This document shows positions 34,993-47,081 of a stretch of 64,000 bases of DNA, piece after piece. The position numbers and the translations under genes were made by a program. Positions within the stretch are counted from its first letter, which is position 1. The number at the start of each line of letters is the position of its first letter. The stretch comes from Picochlorum sp. SENEW3 (lineage: Eukaryota), in the NCBI GenBank assembly GCA_034226945.1, contig CP120453.1:868001-932000 (forward strand), written 5' to 3'. The notes below the pieces were generated by a model that did not search any database, was not told the origin of the DNA, and was given only the letters and a program-made list of their open reading frames with translations.

Positions 34993-37900
34993 TTATGCTT
35001 GATCATGAGACACTATTTGACTAGCCACTTCAAATAAAAATCTTGTCACGAGATCCTCAAATGACCTTTCCCTATGAGAAGGAATCCAATCTGCTACTCT
35101 GTTTCGTAATCGTCTCATGCATGAGTACCCCGGAAATTTTTCTACCGCAATCCTGTGCAACTGCACATCTCTGACGTCCTCTAGCCAAAGTGAAACAATG
35201 GTTCGAACTGAAGCATGGATTGAAAAGAATCAGAGACACATACAGAGAGAAAAAGAGTACACTATCAACAAGATTTGCATCATACCTGCTGATTTCAAGT
35301 CAACAGCATTATGTACATTGGCATTCGTCACCCATAATGCCGCTCTCCATTTTGGCATGATATTTAACATTTCCGTCAGCGTGTCGTGTTGAAGATTTCG
35401 AAGGTCGAATTTGGATGGAACGAAAGTCAAGTCCAAAGGAAACCCCTTGCATTTGACCGTGCACCTCTCCTCAGCTGCTTGCGGGCTATTTCCAACATCC
35501 TCCCAGAAGATATCCTTCATCTCAAACTTCGAGGGAAGGTCCCTCATCCACAAAAGCAAAGCCTGATGAATGACTAATTCAAGTTTGGAGGACTCCAAAC
35601 ACAAGTCTGCAACATTGTACAGGGCTTTCAGAATGGTGAATTGATTTTGCACACAGCGGCAAGTACCTTACCTAATTTCGGACCAACACTTGTGAACTCC
35701 ACCTTCATTGTAGTTGGGCGGCAGGTAGTTTGACGAATACAAGCACACTTCACTTCCCTTAGCCATTGGCGAGGAGACGAGAACCAGGACTCTACACTGG
35801 ACAAAGTCAGAGAGCCCCTCGACGAGGCTTGATCACACTGAAAGACTACATCTCTAAGTGAGGTTTTGAGCGAAGCATCGAACTCAGCAGGATCAATATC
35901 GGCATCATGAATCCAGATAGTCAGATCCCGGGCGCAGACTTCAAGAGCAACAGAGATCTCATTTTCCTTGGCAGTAATGTATGACTCAATTATTAGATTC
36001 TCCAAACCAAGAGACTCTGCCGTCAATCTGTAGGTACAAAAGATAATAACTTCACAGATCAAGACTATAACAGGGTGGATACTCAAATTCTCGATCTTAT
36101 TCACGTACCGTCTCTCGTTCGTTGAATATTCGAAGGGCTCTGCAAAAAGTCGTTCTTCTTTCATATCCAACGAAGGCTTAGATCGCTCCGAATCTCTTCG
36201 ACAGTTTATCAGAAGCAAGGAAATATCCTTCTCTAAAGTTAACACAGTTCGCACTACAAATACATCGATATTCAGTATCAATGACTCAACTTGACATGAC
36301 ATTTTCTGGTCGATGACCGCGTCAAGATCGCACACTCGAGCCACTTCCGATAACCTGCCATCCATCCTGAATCTGATGTCGATCTTTTCCGTCTTAACTT
36401 TAGTACATTCATTTCGATGAAGAAACTTCGCACATACAAAATCGAGATTAGTCTCCATCCAAACTGTGAAACGAATCTTGAGCGATATATGAATGCGCTG
36501 AACCCCAATAATAATTTCCCCAGCACGGCTGGTATTCTTACTGCTCTCGGTTTCTTGCAGTAATATGCTGATTATTTCAGGTTGAGGAACCTCCACTACC
36601 GCCTTGATTTCTGCAAAGTAAGCAACTTGTCTGAATATTCTAGATAAGTAAGATTGAATAGTCGCCAAAACTTACCTTCAGCGCTTACAACAGTCCGGTG
36701 GTCTCTTCTGCAAGCTTGAAAGGCGCGGTAAATCATAAGAATATTGTGATCAGCATATTAAGCAAAATACATACTTGAGAGATCCATCAACTATTTTGAA
36801 AGTCGCTGACCACGTAAAACTCGATATCCGATCCGTTACGGTCAATGTTAAATCAGGAATCCGAATATGCACAGTTCTTGAGTCTCTCTCGGAGTTCGAA
36901 TGTCCCGCGAAAAGCATAGGAAAGGAATGTTTAAAGACCTTAAGGCACTCCACAGGATTCATCGATACATCTAGCGAGCTCTTAGTGCATGACGAGAGGT
37001 CAGCTATAAGCTCTTCTTGCATGATCACTTGAAGTTTGACCCCTACGAATTTCAGTGCGCAGTAAGCGCAGTTCATAAATGATCTCACATTTTGGGATAG
37101 CGTACCGTTTGTTTTGAAGGATTCTTTTTTACCAGCAAAAGGGTCAATCAGGAATCCAGCGATTTCACCAGAGCAAAGTAGGACGGACTGTGATCGATCT
37201 TTCACAAAGAAATGCACCGGGTTGTTCAAATTGGAGCGATCTTTATTCAGATCAGCTCTCACAACTAGCGCTTTACTCAAGGTATCTTCACCGAAATTCC
37301 CAATCGCGAGCCATACTCTGCTCAGATCCAATGCTATTTCCAGAGAGATGCTAGGATCAGGTTGGCTGCCTGGAAAAGAAAAGAATTTTAGAACCTGGCT
37401 TAATATATGCTCATTTATCCAAGCATAGATGTCACTACTTTGAACATCTATGCATCGCGCGGTGCCCGTGTATTTGTGTCGAACTTTTAAGGTGGTCAGT
37501 GAGACCACTGGGTACGAGTGCTGTGATACAAGCGATCTTTGATCTGCGTGAGTGAGGCGAATGTTGATTAATATATCGAAGGTCATCTGTTTGATCAGTC
37601 AACATACCCTTCGCTTTTCCTGATAGGCTTTCATCAAAGATGTCAAACACTGCCAAAGATCGTTTCCTGGATATGTTGGTGCTGCCGGGAGGGATGATTG
37701 ACATATCCATCTGTGCAATACAGCACTTAGCGATGTTTTGAATCGTCTGCAAGCAGTTTGATTATATATATGTAATAGTTATTGCGCAGGGATGGTTTCC
37801 ATACGTGAGAATATTGTCGTACAGTTGTCTGTAAATCGATGAATATATCTCTAAGAGCAATTTGCAGCTGCTCTTCATTTGACAGGACCAGGTGTTCTTC

Positions 37901-39205
37901 TTGGGCTGGTAGGACAATACTGCGTCTTTGCTGTACTGTCAGGAATGCAGCTGGAATATCCAGGTGGGCATTGCAAGTAATTCCCTGCAAACACTTGTTC
38001 AAAAGAAATCGTTATTTGGATGATAAATACTGCATACATGGTGAAAGTGCAATTCAAACGGACCATATCATGTGCCTCGGTTGGCGAGTCCTCCCAATAA
38101 AAGCTCTCGCTTGTAGACATGAATAATGTTGACATGAGTTCTGCCATGGAATCGATTAGATCTTCGTCACTAACTGAGCTAGCATTGTGAGACACAGCAT
38201 TAGACGTGATCCTAATATCCTCTGAAAGCATGGGTAGATTTAAAGCTCTCAGGATTGAAATGTGCAAAGTACTGGTATCATTCCCCGTCGTCTGTTCCCC
38301 ATGTGTTGTCATGCTAGCAAAGATACGCGCGTATGTGTCCACGAAAGAGGGGCAAATATATATTCTCAGCGGTCCATTTAAAGAGCAAGACACGGACGTT
38401 TCCTCCAGGGCTTGTAGTGAGACAGCTGTGGGGAACCTGAGCACACCCGAGGTATCATCTAGCCCAGCTTCTACATCACCATCTTTTGACCTCACTTGGA
38501 TATTCATTCCAGAAAAATCAAACCACCTTTGTCCATCATCGACCTGCTTCAGTTGAAAACAGTCTACCTTTCCTTTCACTTCATCACCTCCCTCGGAATG
38601 AAAGGAAACGATAACATCTCTTGCAATCATTGAAAAATTATCCATCAAATACTTCATGCACTCTGATATAGCATGGACGCCTTTCTCGATATCCTCAGTC
38701 CGATCGTAATCCGCAGAAACCTGTTCTTCGAACTTGGAATATATGTGCACATCGTTGCTGTCCCTCTTGACTTGCTTCGTCTTCATCATGACACCTTGCA
38801 AATCCAAGCAAAGATCCTCAATACAGACTTTCACCTTCTGAACGAAGACCGACTCAATATATAGGTACCTAGATCCCTGTACATACAAATGTACCTATTA
38901 ATGTTGGATGTACTCGGTTAAAAAAAAGCCTTGCCAACCATTAAAACAAGCAGGATGCCATTACTCTTGTTGTCCCTGTTCTCTAAGGTGGCACCAAAAG
39001 TCAACGTCCCATAATGCCTTACCAGTTTGGAATTCAAAAAGGATGGGTCCAGCAAACAATCGCGCATTTCGACGACCCCGTTCTCGATCTGCACTTCCAG
39101 CTGTTCGACATCAACCTCCGTAGCAAAGAGGTGTGCAAGGTTCTTCTTCAAGAACAGTTTGATCACCCGCCGAAACACCCAGTCGCTGATCATTGATACC
39201 ACCAT
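34993..39205 (-). CDS. ATG2: Divergent, short ATG2-like lipid-transfer protein, multi-exon
   Basis: Chorein-N start (RRVIKLFLKKNL...VDVEQLEVQIENGVVEM); late LDLTFVP..FDL..L...EMLN and WLEDV..QLH motifs; internal exon boundaries not all resolved. Confidence 0.7.
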
Positions 39206-39544
39206 ATTTGCTTCTATGGACCCAAGTCCGCAACGATAGATGCTGCAGACTTTAGGAGCTCCGAGTTCCCATTTGAAAAGTCAAACGTGTCGTAGGGCTC
39301 GAAAAAGACCTCGGGGTTGAAAAGCTTGTCGAGACACGGGAACGCATACTATCCTCGATATATTTTGCAATTATAATTGATGAGACCATATATAATTACC
39401 AAATGAGCCTCAAGACATGCCGGTCCCAGCACAAATCCACTTGGAACCCAGCTGAAGAGATCTTGAGGAGATCTGCTGCAACCTTGATGCCAGTCGCATT
39501 TGGGAGCTGCGATTCTGTAGCGGGGCACTTTATTCGATTGTAAA

Positions 39545-39969
39545 ATGATTTCATGTATTTCTAATATTCGCACGTGCTGCGTGACTCGCACCCTGCCAAG
39601 GCCTCTTTCTTTGGGTATCCGGCAGAGAGCCCGTAGTTTGAGGAGTGTAAAGGCCTACGATGGGTCGAAAGACAGGAATAGCATAGATGTGAACGAAGAT
39701 GAGGAGATAAAAGACTTCTGGGAGGTTTGTTAAGCATGGAGCTCGTCTTGCCACACTAATTATCGATGAACTCGAGTTGTGTATTTATACTGCAGGGTGA
39801 GCAGTGGAACTTTCTAGGTGAAATATCGAGTGTTGCTTTACCAGTACTCGTAGTCCTCGGCCTACTTGTTGGAATATTTGCTGCGCAAACATACAATCAA
39901 GATGCTGATGTGTTTTTGGAGAGTCCCAAATCAGAAGATGGCAGTGCCAAGCTCTACAGATTTGAATGA
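39545..39969 (+). CDS. Small plastid single-TM protein of unknown function (two exons)
   Basis: Transit-like exon 1 ends DFWE|gt; exon 2 GEQW...TM...AAQTYN, a pattern I recall from green-lineage thylakoid proteins. Confidence 0.7.
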
Positions 39970-40004
39970 TTTCGTTACTTCAAGTGTCCTATGTAATACA
40001 TGGA

Positions 40005-41420
40005 TCAATCCCAATGCTTCGCTTCATAATCTTCCTGTGTCATGAGGGTTGCCTCGACGATTCTGCCCCCGAATTTCCTCCCATGCAATTTATTGCGAGC
40101 TGTTAAGGCTTCCTCAGGTTCTGAGAACTCTACCAATATCTTCCCGACACCAGGAGGAGGCGATGAATCGTCCTTAGGAGGTCTAGGGATGTGGAGTGCA
40201 ATAACTTTGCCAAATTTGCTCATTTCGTCATTCATGTCATCCAGGATATCCTCGTATTCATCGTCATCGTTCAACTCCTCCATTGTCACAGCTTGAACCA
40301 ACTTGATCACTCTCGGCTTTGTGACAGTGAACATTGCTCGATGAGATCCATCACCATCAGTATCAGGTGCTTGCACTTGTTGGGGAACATTTGGTAGTTC
40401 TGCTTTACGGACAGACAGTGTTCTGTCTCCCAATTTCATTCCGTTCAGGCCTGCAATCGCTGCATCTATGACAGATTTTTCTTCGTAAATAACGAATCCG
40501 TATCCTTTAGATACACCAGTATTTCTATCTCGAATTAGTCCAAAATATTTGATTGTGCCAAATGTGCCCAGCAACTCCCTACACTCTGCCTCAGACAGAT
40601 AGTACGGAAGGCCACCAACGAACAATCTGTCTGGGTCATCACTGAATGGGTTTGATTGGGGTGCGACGGCTACTTGTGCTTTTGTTTTATCCAGAGCAAT
40701 TGCTGCCAGATTCAAATTTGGATTTGGAGCAGAGGGACCCAGCTTTGCAGCTGCAACAGGGTCATAATCTGCTGGCCTCCTAACTCGCACAGTTACACCT
40801 TCAAACATGACACCATCCAAAGCCATCGCGTTAGATGCCTCTTCAACTGTGCGCAATTCGGCGAAAGCGAACTTTTTTTCATAATTAATATAGACATTGA
40901 TGACACAAGGACCTGGACCTGCTGTTGTCCCACCAACTGCTGCCAAAGCATTGCTACAAAAGGAAAAAAGAAAGAAATTATACAAAACACACGAGAATAA
41001 AATCACAAACTAAACTTAAATAAGGTCTTCCTACCTGAAAAATGTCGCAATACTATCCTCTTTTGCATGTGGTGGCAATCCACCAATGTAAATTCTCCTT
41101 GCATGTCTTGTTGCCTGCTGATTGGCAGCGCCTGTCTGAGCGGCATTCGCCATACTTGCAGGCAAATTATCTGGAATCACTTGAACTGCCCCTGGTAAAT
41201 CTGATAGCGGGGGAGGAGCCCCTCCAACCGGTTCAATATCAAACCATGTAGGTCTCCTCCTCTCCTTATTCGGGTCATATCCGGTATCAGGGGATTTCGA
41301 CCTGCTACGATTCCTTTCGCGCGATCTACTTCTCCCATGTCTTTCACGGGATGTTCCTCTATGCCTGTCTCTCGATCTGGAACGAGAGCGCCGACGCTCG
41401 TCCTGTCTGTCCTCTACCAT
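40005..41420 (-). CDS. U2AF65: U2 snRNP auxiliary factor large subunit
   Basis: RS domain, QQATRHARRIYIGGLP, three RRM/UHM domains, GRKFGG. Confidence 0.95.
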
Positions 41421-41816
41421 GATGCTACTCAAGTTTAGTTGCCAATCCAATGGCAAGAACCGTCAACCCTTGGTATTCTGAAAATTTGAAATCAATATTG
41501 ATGCTCACGGATGACACTGCACCGCCTTTGCAACAAAGATACAACAGTAGCCAAGTCAAATCCTTGTCTTGTCAGTCCGACATGAGGTTGCTGCTCTAAA
41601 CCAAGTAGAGATTATTTAAGTTCTAATAAATAATTTTATTTGCCCAGTACCTGTGTCATTCACAGAACACATGAACCGCATCAAGGTGCATGGGCTGTTC
41701 GAGCCCCCACTGCATGGAAATGAGGACCCATCTGATCCTTCTACTACTGCATGACACCGCCTGGGCTTTTAATTTCTATGAAATAATGGGATCACAGAGT
41801 TTAGAAGACGGATCTG

Positions 41817-43016
41817 ATGTCGATGAATGGATTGAGACAGGGAGGAAAATATGCACGACTATGGGCACCGATGCTAGAAAGTACAAAGTGGCACAGTCGT
41901 CGCAGCTTCAGGGTGGAGGGTGATATAGATGCTCCGATAGATCAATATGTCACAAAAGTGGCTCTGGTAGGTGCTCCAAACGCAGGGAAGTCGACTTTGC
42001 TGAATGCAATGGCAGGTCAGAAGGTGAGTGAGGTACTCTTAGTCTCTTCTGTGACGGCTTGATGACCGAATTGTATGCTGCCGTAGATTTCAGCTGTGTC
42101 GCAGAAGACAAATACCACGTTTCGCAGCAAAGTTGGGTATTTCATCGAGAGAGGCACACAGGTTGTCATGTATGATACGCCTGGTTTGGTAGAAAAGAGG
42201 TGTGGATGTATACATCACTGTATCCCATCTAGCATGACACGTCAGGGATATGTTTATACTTGTGCAGTCAGTATGCCGATCAGAAGCATGGTCAAAGAGT
42301 AGAATCTGCATGGAATATTGCGGGCTCCTGTGATGTAGCCCTGCTTCTTGTAGATGCCCATAGACAACATGCTCGACCTGATCCTAGAGTGGTATCTTTG
42401 ATAGAGAACTTTGCGAACAGTTTAAGCAAAGAAAAGGACAGCCTAAAGCCAAAGACTGCGTTAGTACTGACAAAAATAGATAAAATTATCGCGGTTGATG
42501 AAGACTTTGCGCAAATGGTTCGAGATTTATTCCAGATCTCTCAAATGAATGAATTATTCTGCATCAGTGCTCTCAGGGGTATGTTGAAAGGTTGCCAAAT
42601 AGCCAAAGTGGAATAACCATGTTGATTTGACTGTCCGTGCAGGCAATGGCCTTTCTAGGCTACAAATGTATCTTCAAAACTCCTCAAAGAGGTCTCCGTG
42701 GCTCATTGATACTGAGGTGTACAACAGAAATTACAGAATGGACATTGCTGAGGAAATCATTAGAGAGAAGCTTTTCCGTGCATACTACAAAGAAATACCA
42801 TACTCAATTAAAATCATCATGCAAGAAATTCGGCATGACGAGGCCACTGTGACCGTCAGGGCCCTGCTTTCTGTTGCTTCGCCAAGTATGAAAACTATCA
42901 TCATTGGAACCAAGGGCTCTGCCATAAGATCTGTTGAAAAAGCTGCACAGTATGATTTAGAAAAGATCTACAAGTTGAATGTTCGAGTCATTTTGAGTGT
43001 ATCAATTCGTTCGTAA
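41817..43016 (+). CDS. ERA: Era-family GTPase with KH domain, spliced
   Basis: GAPNAGKST, VSQKTNTT, DTPG, TKID, ISA, EIIREKL..EIPY, IIIGTKG. Confidence 0.9.
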
Positions 43017-43453
43017 GCATGTGAGTAGGGATGATGAAATGTATCCTGACAAGTGGCAAGTTATCTTGAACATCAATGTTCCGATTGAAACCAAGCAGCA
43101 GATCTGCTCGTGTTGGCATCAACAGACGAAAGTGAAAGCAAATTCGTTCAGAATATAGCTTTGCGACAACAAAGCTATATTGGTATCGTGGTGCCAATGC
43201 ATCCATCAACATTGTCCTGCAGTCATGTCTGGTGCCGAGAACATGTAGGCGATACCACGCTGCAGTACCAAATGCTATCTCGATATCGACCATGGGTCAC
43301 GCATTACGCTACGCCTTTCGGATCCTGTGAGTGATTTGGCCAATATTTGGATTCAACCCTTTTCTTGAGGTATCTACATAGACTAAAAAGTCAAAAAGAA
43401 TCAAAATTTGTCTGATACAGTGACAGGAATACACATTTGCCATACTGACTGCG

Positions 43454-44573
43454 ATGTTCACCGTCCCGCACTGCAAGGTAAAGTTGAGTACTGTGCCCGC
43501 TACAAGCGGCCTGAATGATGACAATTCGGCTTATAAGATGATGCATTCCGTTTTTTACGTAGATTAAGATCTTTATTCTTGCGCTCCTACTCCTTGGCGT
43601 TGGAGCCCAGAAGACCTATGACCCCAACGAAACTTCCGAAGATGAAAGACAGTACATCATCGAGACGCTAGCTGGAGAAGCTCTAAAACAGTATGCCAAG
43701 GAATCTGGGTGTGAGCTCGAGTTGTCAAATAATTTGTATCAAACATACAATATGGCACCATTTGTTGAACTCTTGTACAAAAACGGAAGTGAATCAGATG
43801 AAGGTGTCTATTATGATGTCTGGAACTCTGACCTGGTGCAAGATCAGATCAATACGATTCAGGAAGGTGCCTTGGATCTCAGCGGGGACGAACCTGATGC
43901 TCCGAACTTCAATAAGCGAGTATTGATGGATATGAATATAATGTGCTACAAAACTCAAGAGGATCTGGGTCAAACTCCGTTGTACAAGTCATATCCATTC
44001 GTCTCTGATCCCAACATCACAGTGAAATTCAAGTACTTTGCATCTGTACGTGTCGCCAAGACAAACAAAAGTGGTTCCAACTATGAATTCGATAACCCAA
44101 ACTTTGTTTATCGATGGAATACATTTGTATACTATCCCATGACAACTATTTACACGTTGTCCCGCTTTGATGCTGACAACAGGTTGGAAATTTATGTGAT
44201 GCAAGCTTTCGGAAACAAGGTTAATAACCAGTATGCACCTGATCAGTTGGTTCTGAATCCTGTGACAGAGGCAGCAGCGACCAACCCATTGACGCCGTCG
44301 ATAATCACACCAGATGGAGTCACATTTGGATTCATCAGATTGAGTCAATACCTGATTGTTCCATCTAATGGTGCCGCGCAGATAGTCACTGACAATCTTT
44401 ACAATGCATACATGTTGATTCCTCGATCTGCTGCTCCGTGGCTGTACGAACAGTATGAGAATGGCGTCAAGACGAATGCACCTTCTTCTTCTTCTTCTTC
44501 AAACATGTTAATGGCAGCAACTGCTGTCGTTGCATGCCTTGGAATCTGGTTGAATGCAGCCCTGCTCAACTGA
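43454..44573 (+). CDS. Uncharacterised secreted, probably GPI-anchored protein (two exons)
   Basis: Exon 1 MFTVPHCK|gtaaag joins IKIFILALLLLGVGA (signal) in frame with ORF 43722-44573; Ser run plus hydrophobic C-terminus. Confidence 0.75.
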
Positions 44574-44703
44574 CGAATTTGCCTGTGTTTATCCACTTGA
44601 GAGGAATACCGCAGTATCGCGTCTGTCTGTTTTCTTGTTGTAATCAATACGCCGAACTTGATTCAATCCCTCTCGTACTGAAAACCACGACTATGTCCTT
44701 TAC

Positions 44704-44790
44704 GGTGTGGTGTGGTGTGGTGTGGTAGCTACAGGCCTGTACACCTAGGTGTGACGCCTAGGCCTGGGCGCTGGCCACGGCCGGCCGTGG
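44704..44790. repeat. (TGTGG)4 microsatellite followed by a chain of overlapping perfect palindromes
   Basis: GTAGCTAC, TACAGGCCTGTA, ACACCTAGGTGT, GCCTAGGC, CCACGGCCGGCCGTGG read directly. Confidence 0.9.
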
Positions 44791-44892
44791 GCTAATTGGG
44801 AAATAAATAAATCATCTGTGACATGGAGGAGGGATCTACAACTTGGATTTTCCTTGTCTATGCAAAGTTGTTTTACGTATCATTGAGCAAAG

Positions 44893-45756
44893 ATGAAATC
44901 TTTTTCTGTTATTTGTCTCGGACTGGCTCTGAGTAGCCTAGGGTTGGGACAGAAGGCTGAAGTACCATCAGCTGGAAACGTCTTGGATCTCTTGCAAGAC
45001 CCAAAGCTCCAACCTTTCATTCAAATCGTAAGTGGTTGTTTCGAAGACATTTAAATAGATTTCTGGCATAGCTGAATCCGTATCTGGCGTCTCTTAACAC
45101 GCGGATGGTTGGAACACCAGAGGTCCATGTGGTGCTTGGCGCTGTCCTGCGGCCAAGAGCGAGCATTCGTTGGGGTTTCCTGTAAAGGCGCCGACTATTT
45201 GTGAAGTACATAAGACATCGTGACCTTACTAGGGTTTTGGTTGCCTGTGTAGGTACTCAACAATGCCACAGTATGCCTGTCTGATCCATTCATTCTTGGA
45301 GGGGACTTTGATCTCGGCGATTGTCCAGGAATTGAGACATTGCTAGAAGCAGTCGATGAAAAAGTATCAAACCCATCAATTTCTTGTAGCAAAACATGCG
45401 TAGATCTGTTCTCAAAGGTACGTTGATGTTAATCCCTCTCGCACCTCAATTCAAACACCAAAATACTTCCAAAACTTAAACAATGCATGCAGCTCGAACC
45501 AGATTGCTCTATGGCATTGCGTACTGCATTCAGTGAGGCCTCAGGAGATACTGGGAAATTCGCATCACAGTTTTTCAGCAAGTGTGACGAGGTGGAGAAT
45601 TCAGTTACAACAACCTCAAGAGGTTCACAATATATTACTTGGGAGGTACGTCAATCACGTATTTGATAAGAATTATGTATATTTTCCTACATTACAAGAC
45701 AAATGGGTGTACAGGTATTCGTCGTAGTATTGTCAGTCATTGCATTCATGTTGTGA
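44893..45756 (+). CDS. Small secreted Cys-rich protein with hydrophobic C-terminus (164 aa, 4 exons; not in ORF track)
   Basis: Exons 44893-45027, 45253-45417, 45493-45645, 45715-45756, all phase-0 GT-AG; signal MKSFSVICLGLALSSLGLG; TGTAA at 45783. Confidence 0.75.
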
Positions 45757-47081
45757 AGCGCATGTGAATTCCTTTGCTGCCTGTAAATTGATCTACTAGC
45801 CCCCGCCTAGAGAGGCCCTTTATCGTGACGGACACAGACTTTCTTGATCCATCATATACAAGCACTCCCCATGTATCACTGGTTCTGTCACAGACGCAAA
45901 TGCATCCACCATCATCTGCGAGATGTGTGCCATGATCAAGCAGAGTCGTTGCAACTGCTCTTGTGTGATGACTGCTTGAACTGACCTTTTCTCGAGGTGA
46001 GCAAATATATCTCTTCCTGATATCTTCCTGTGTACAGTATCTCGAACCGGGTATGTGATTAGAAATCCTTGCAGACCCACCCCAAGTTTGTATTGCATCT
46101 ATAGCATCTTCAACAATTCTGCCAATTTGACCGACAGATACTGAGCCAGGTTCGTGGCCAGTTGGTGTAGCGAAAACAAGGAATGAATCTTGTCCTATGA
46201 TGAAAATATGGCTCTTGTTCCTTGTGTCTACTACATGTAGCCGCGTAGTTGACTTGTGCCCTGCCCAAGCCCCCATCATCTTTGGTGCAGGATGCTGCCA
46301 AAAGAATCCATATATTCCACTAATGACAAAGCTCCCCAGCAAAGCCGTGGTTTCATCATCAAAGGAACTAAACAAGCACGTATTATCTCTGAAAATCACG
46401 ACATCGGCATGGTTTTCAAATTTGGTTGCAATTAATCCAGACAGCCCTGGGGGAAGATCTGTCCAGCTCACTCCGTGGGTCAGACAGAATGGGTTTCTGA
46501 GCTGCTTTCTCAACCATGACCCCTTCTGACACAGATTTTCACCAAAATAATTAAGTATCTTGTTTATCAGACTATTCAAGGTCTACAGGACGACAAAACA
46601 TGTTGAGATTGCATCAGAAGAAGCGTATGCATAGCAAAGATGTCTCCTGACATACCTGTGGAGGGCAGTCTGGGAGCAGGAGTTGAAGAACATCATCAAA
46701 ATTTCTTATCAACCCTGACAAATTTCCCTCGGTAACATGGTGCCCTAGATCAAGCTTTTTCACAAAGATTGCCAAGAACAACTTGGGAAAAGATAAGCCC
46801 CCCACAACCCAGTATCCGTCTTCAAACTCTGCAGTCTCAACTTCACCAGGTGCCTACAAGAGCACTACTTGATTCGATTAAAATGCCAGAGTATATCAGT
46901 ATTGAGTTAAATAACGCACCGAATCAAATATAGATAAGAACTGGAGCAAACCTTGTAAAAGACCTATAGACCTAACTTGATACTCAACTTCAGTAGTCAC
47001 AGGGTACCACGCAACTATCTTCTCCGCCTCCTCGCCTTCTTTTCTGCCTTTATTGTCATCAAATATTCCTAATTGGAACAT
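45746..47081 (-). CDS. CCZ1: CCZ1-like vacuolar fusion (longin) protein, spliced
   Basis: IFD..KGRKEGEEAEKIVAWYP...IGLLQGL..F...FEDGYW resembles the CCZ1 longin-1 domain. Confidence 0.7.

Noticed and set aside
44775..44796. Helitron 3' end (GC hairpin followed by CTAA)
   Set aside because: Hairpin-to-CTRR spacing is only ~1 nt and no matching 5' end or Rep/helicase remnant is visible.
45229..45238. AAAACCCTA as a telomerase-RNA template or telomeric remnant
   Set aside because: Single short telobox-like match; neighbouring hairpins favour the opposite strand.
45017..45650. Minus-strand ORF fragments as an extension of CCZ1 or a separate gene
   Set aside because: Frames break repeatedly; the plus-strand four-exon model explains the region cleanly.
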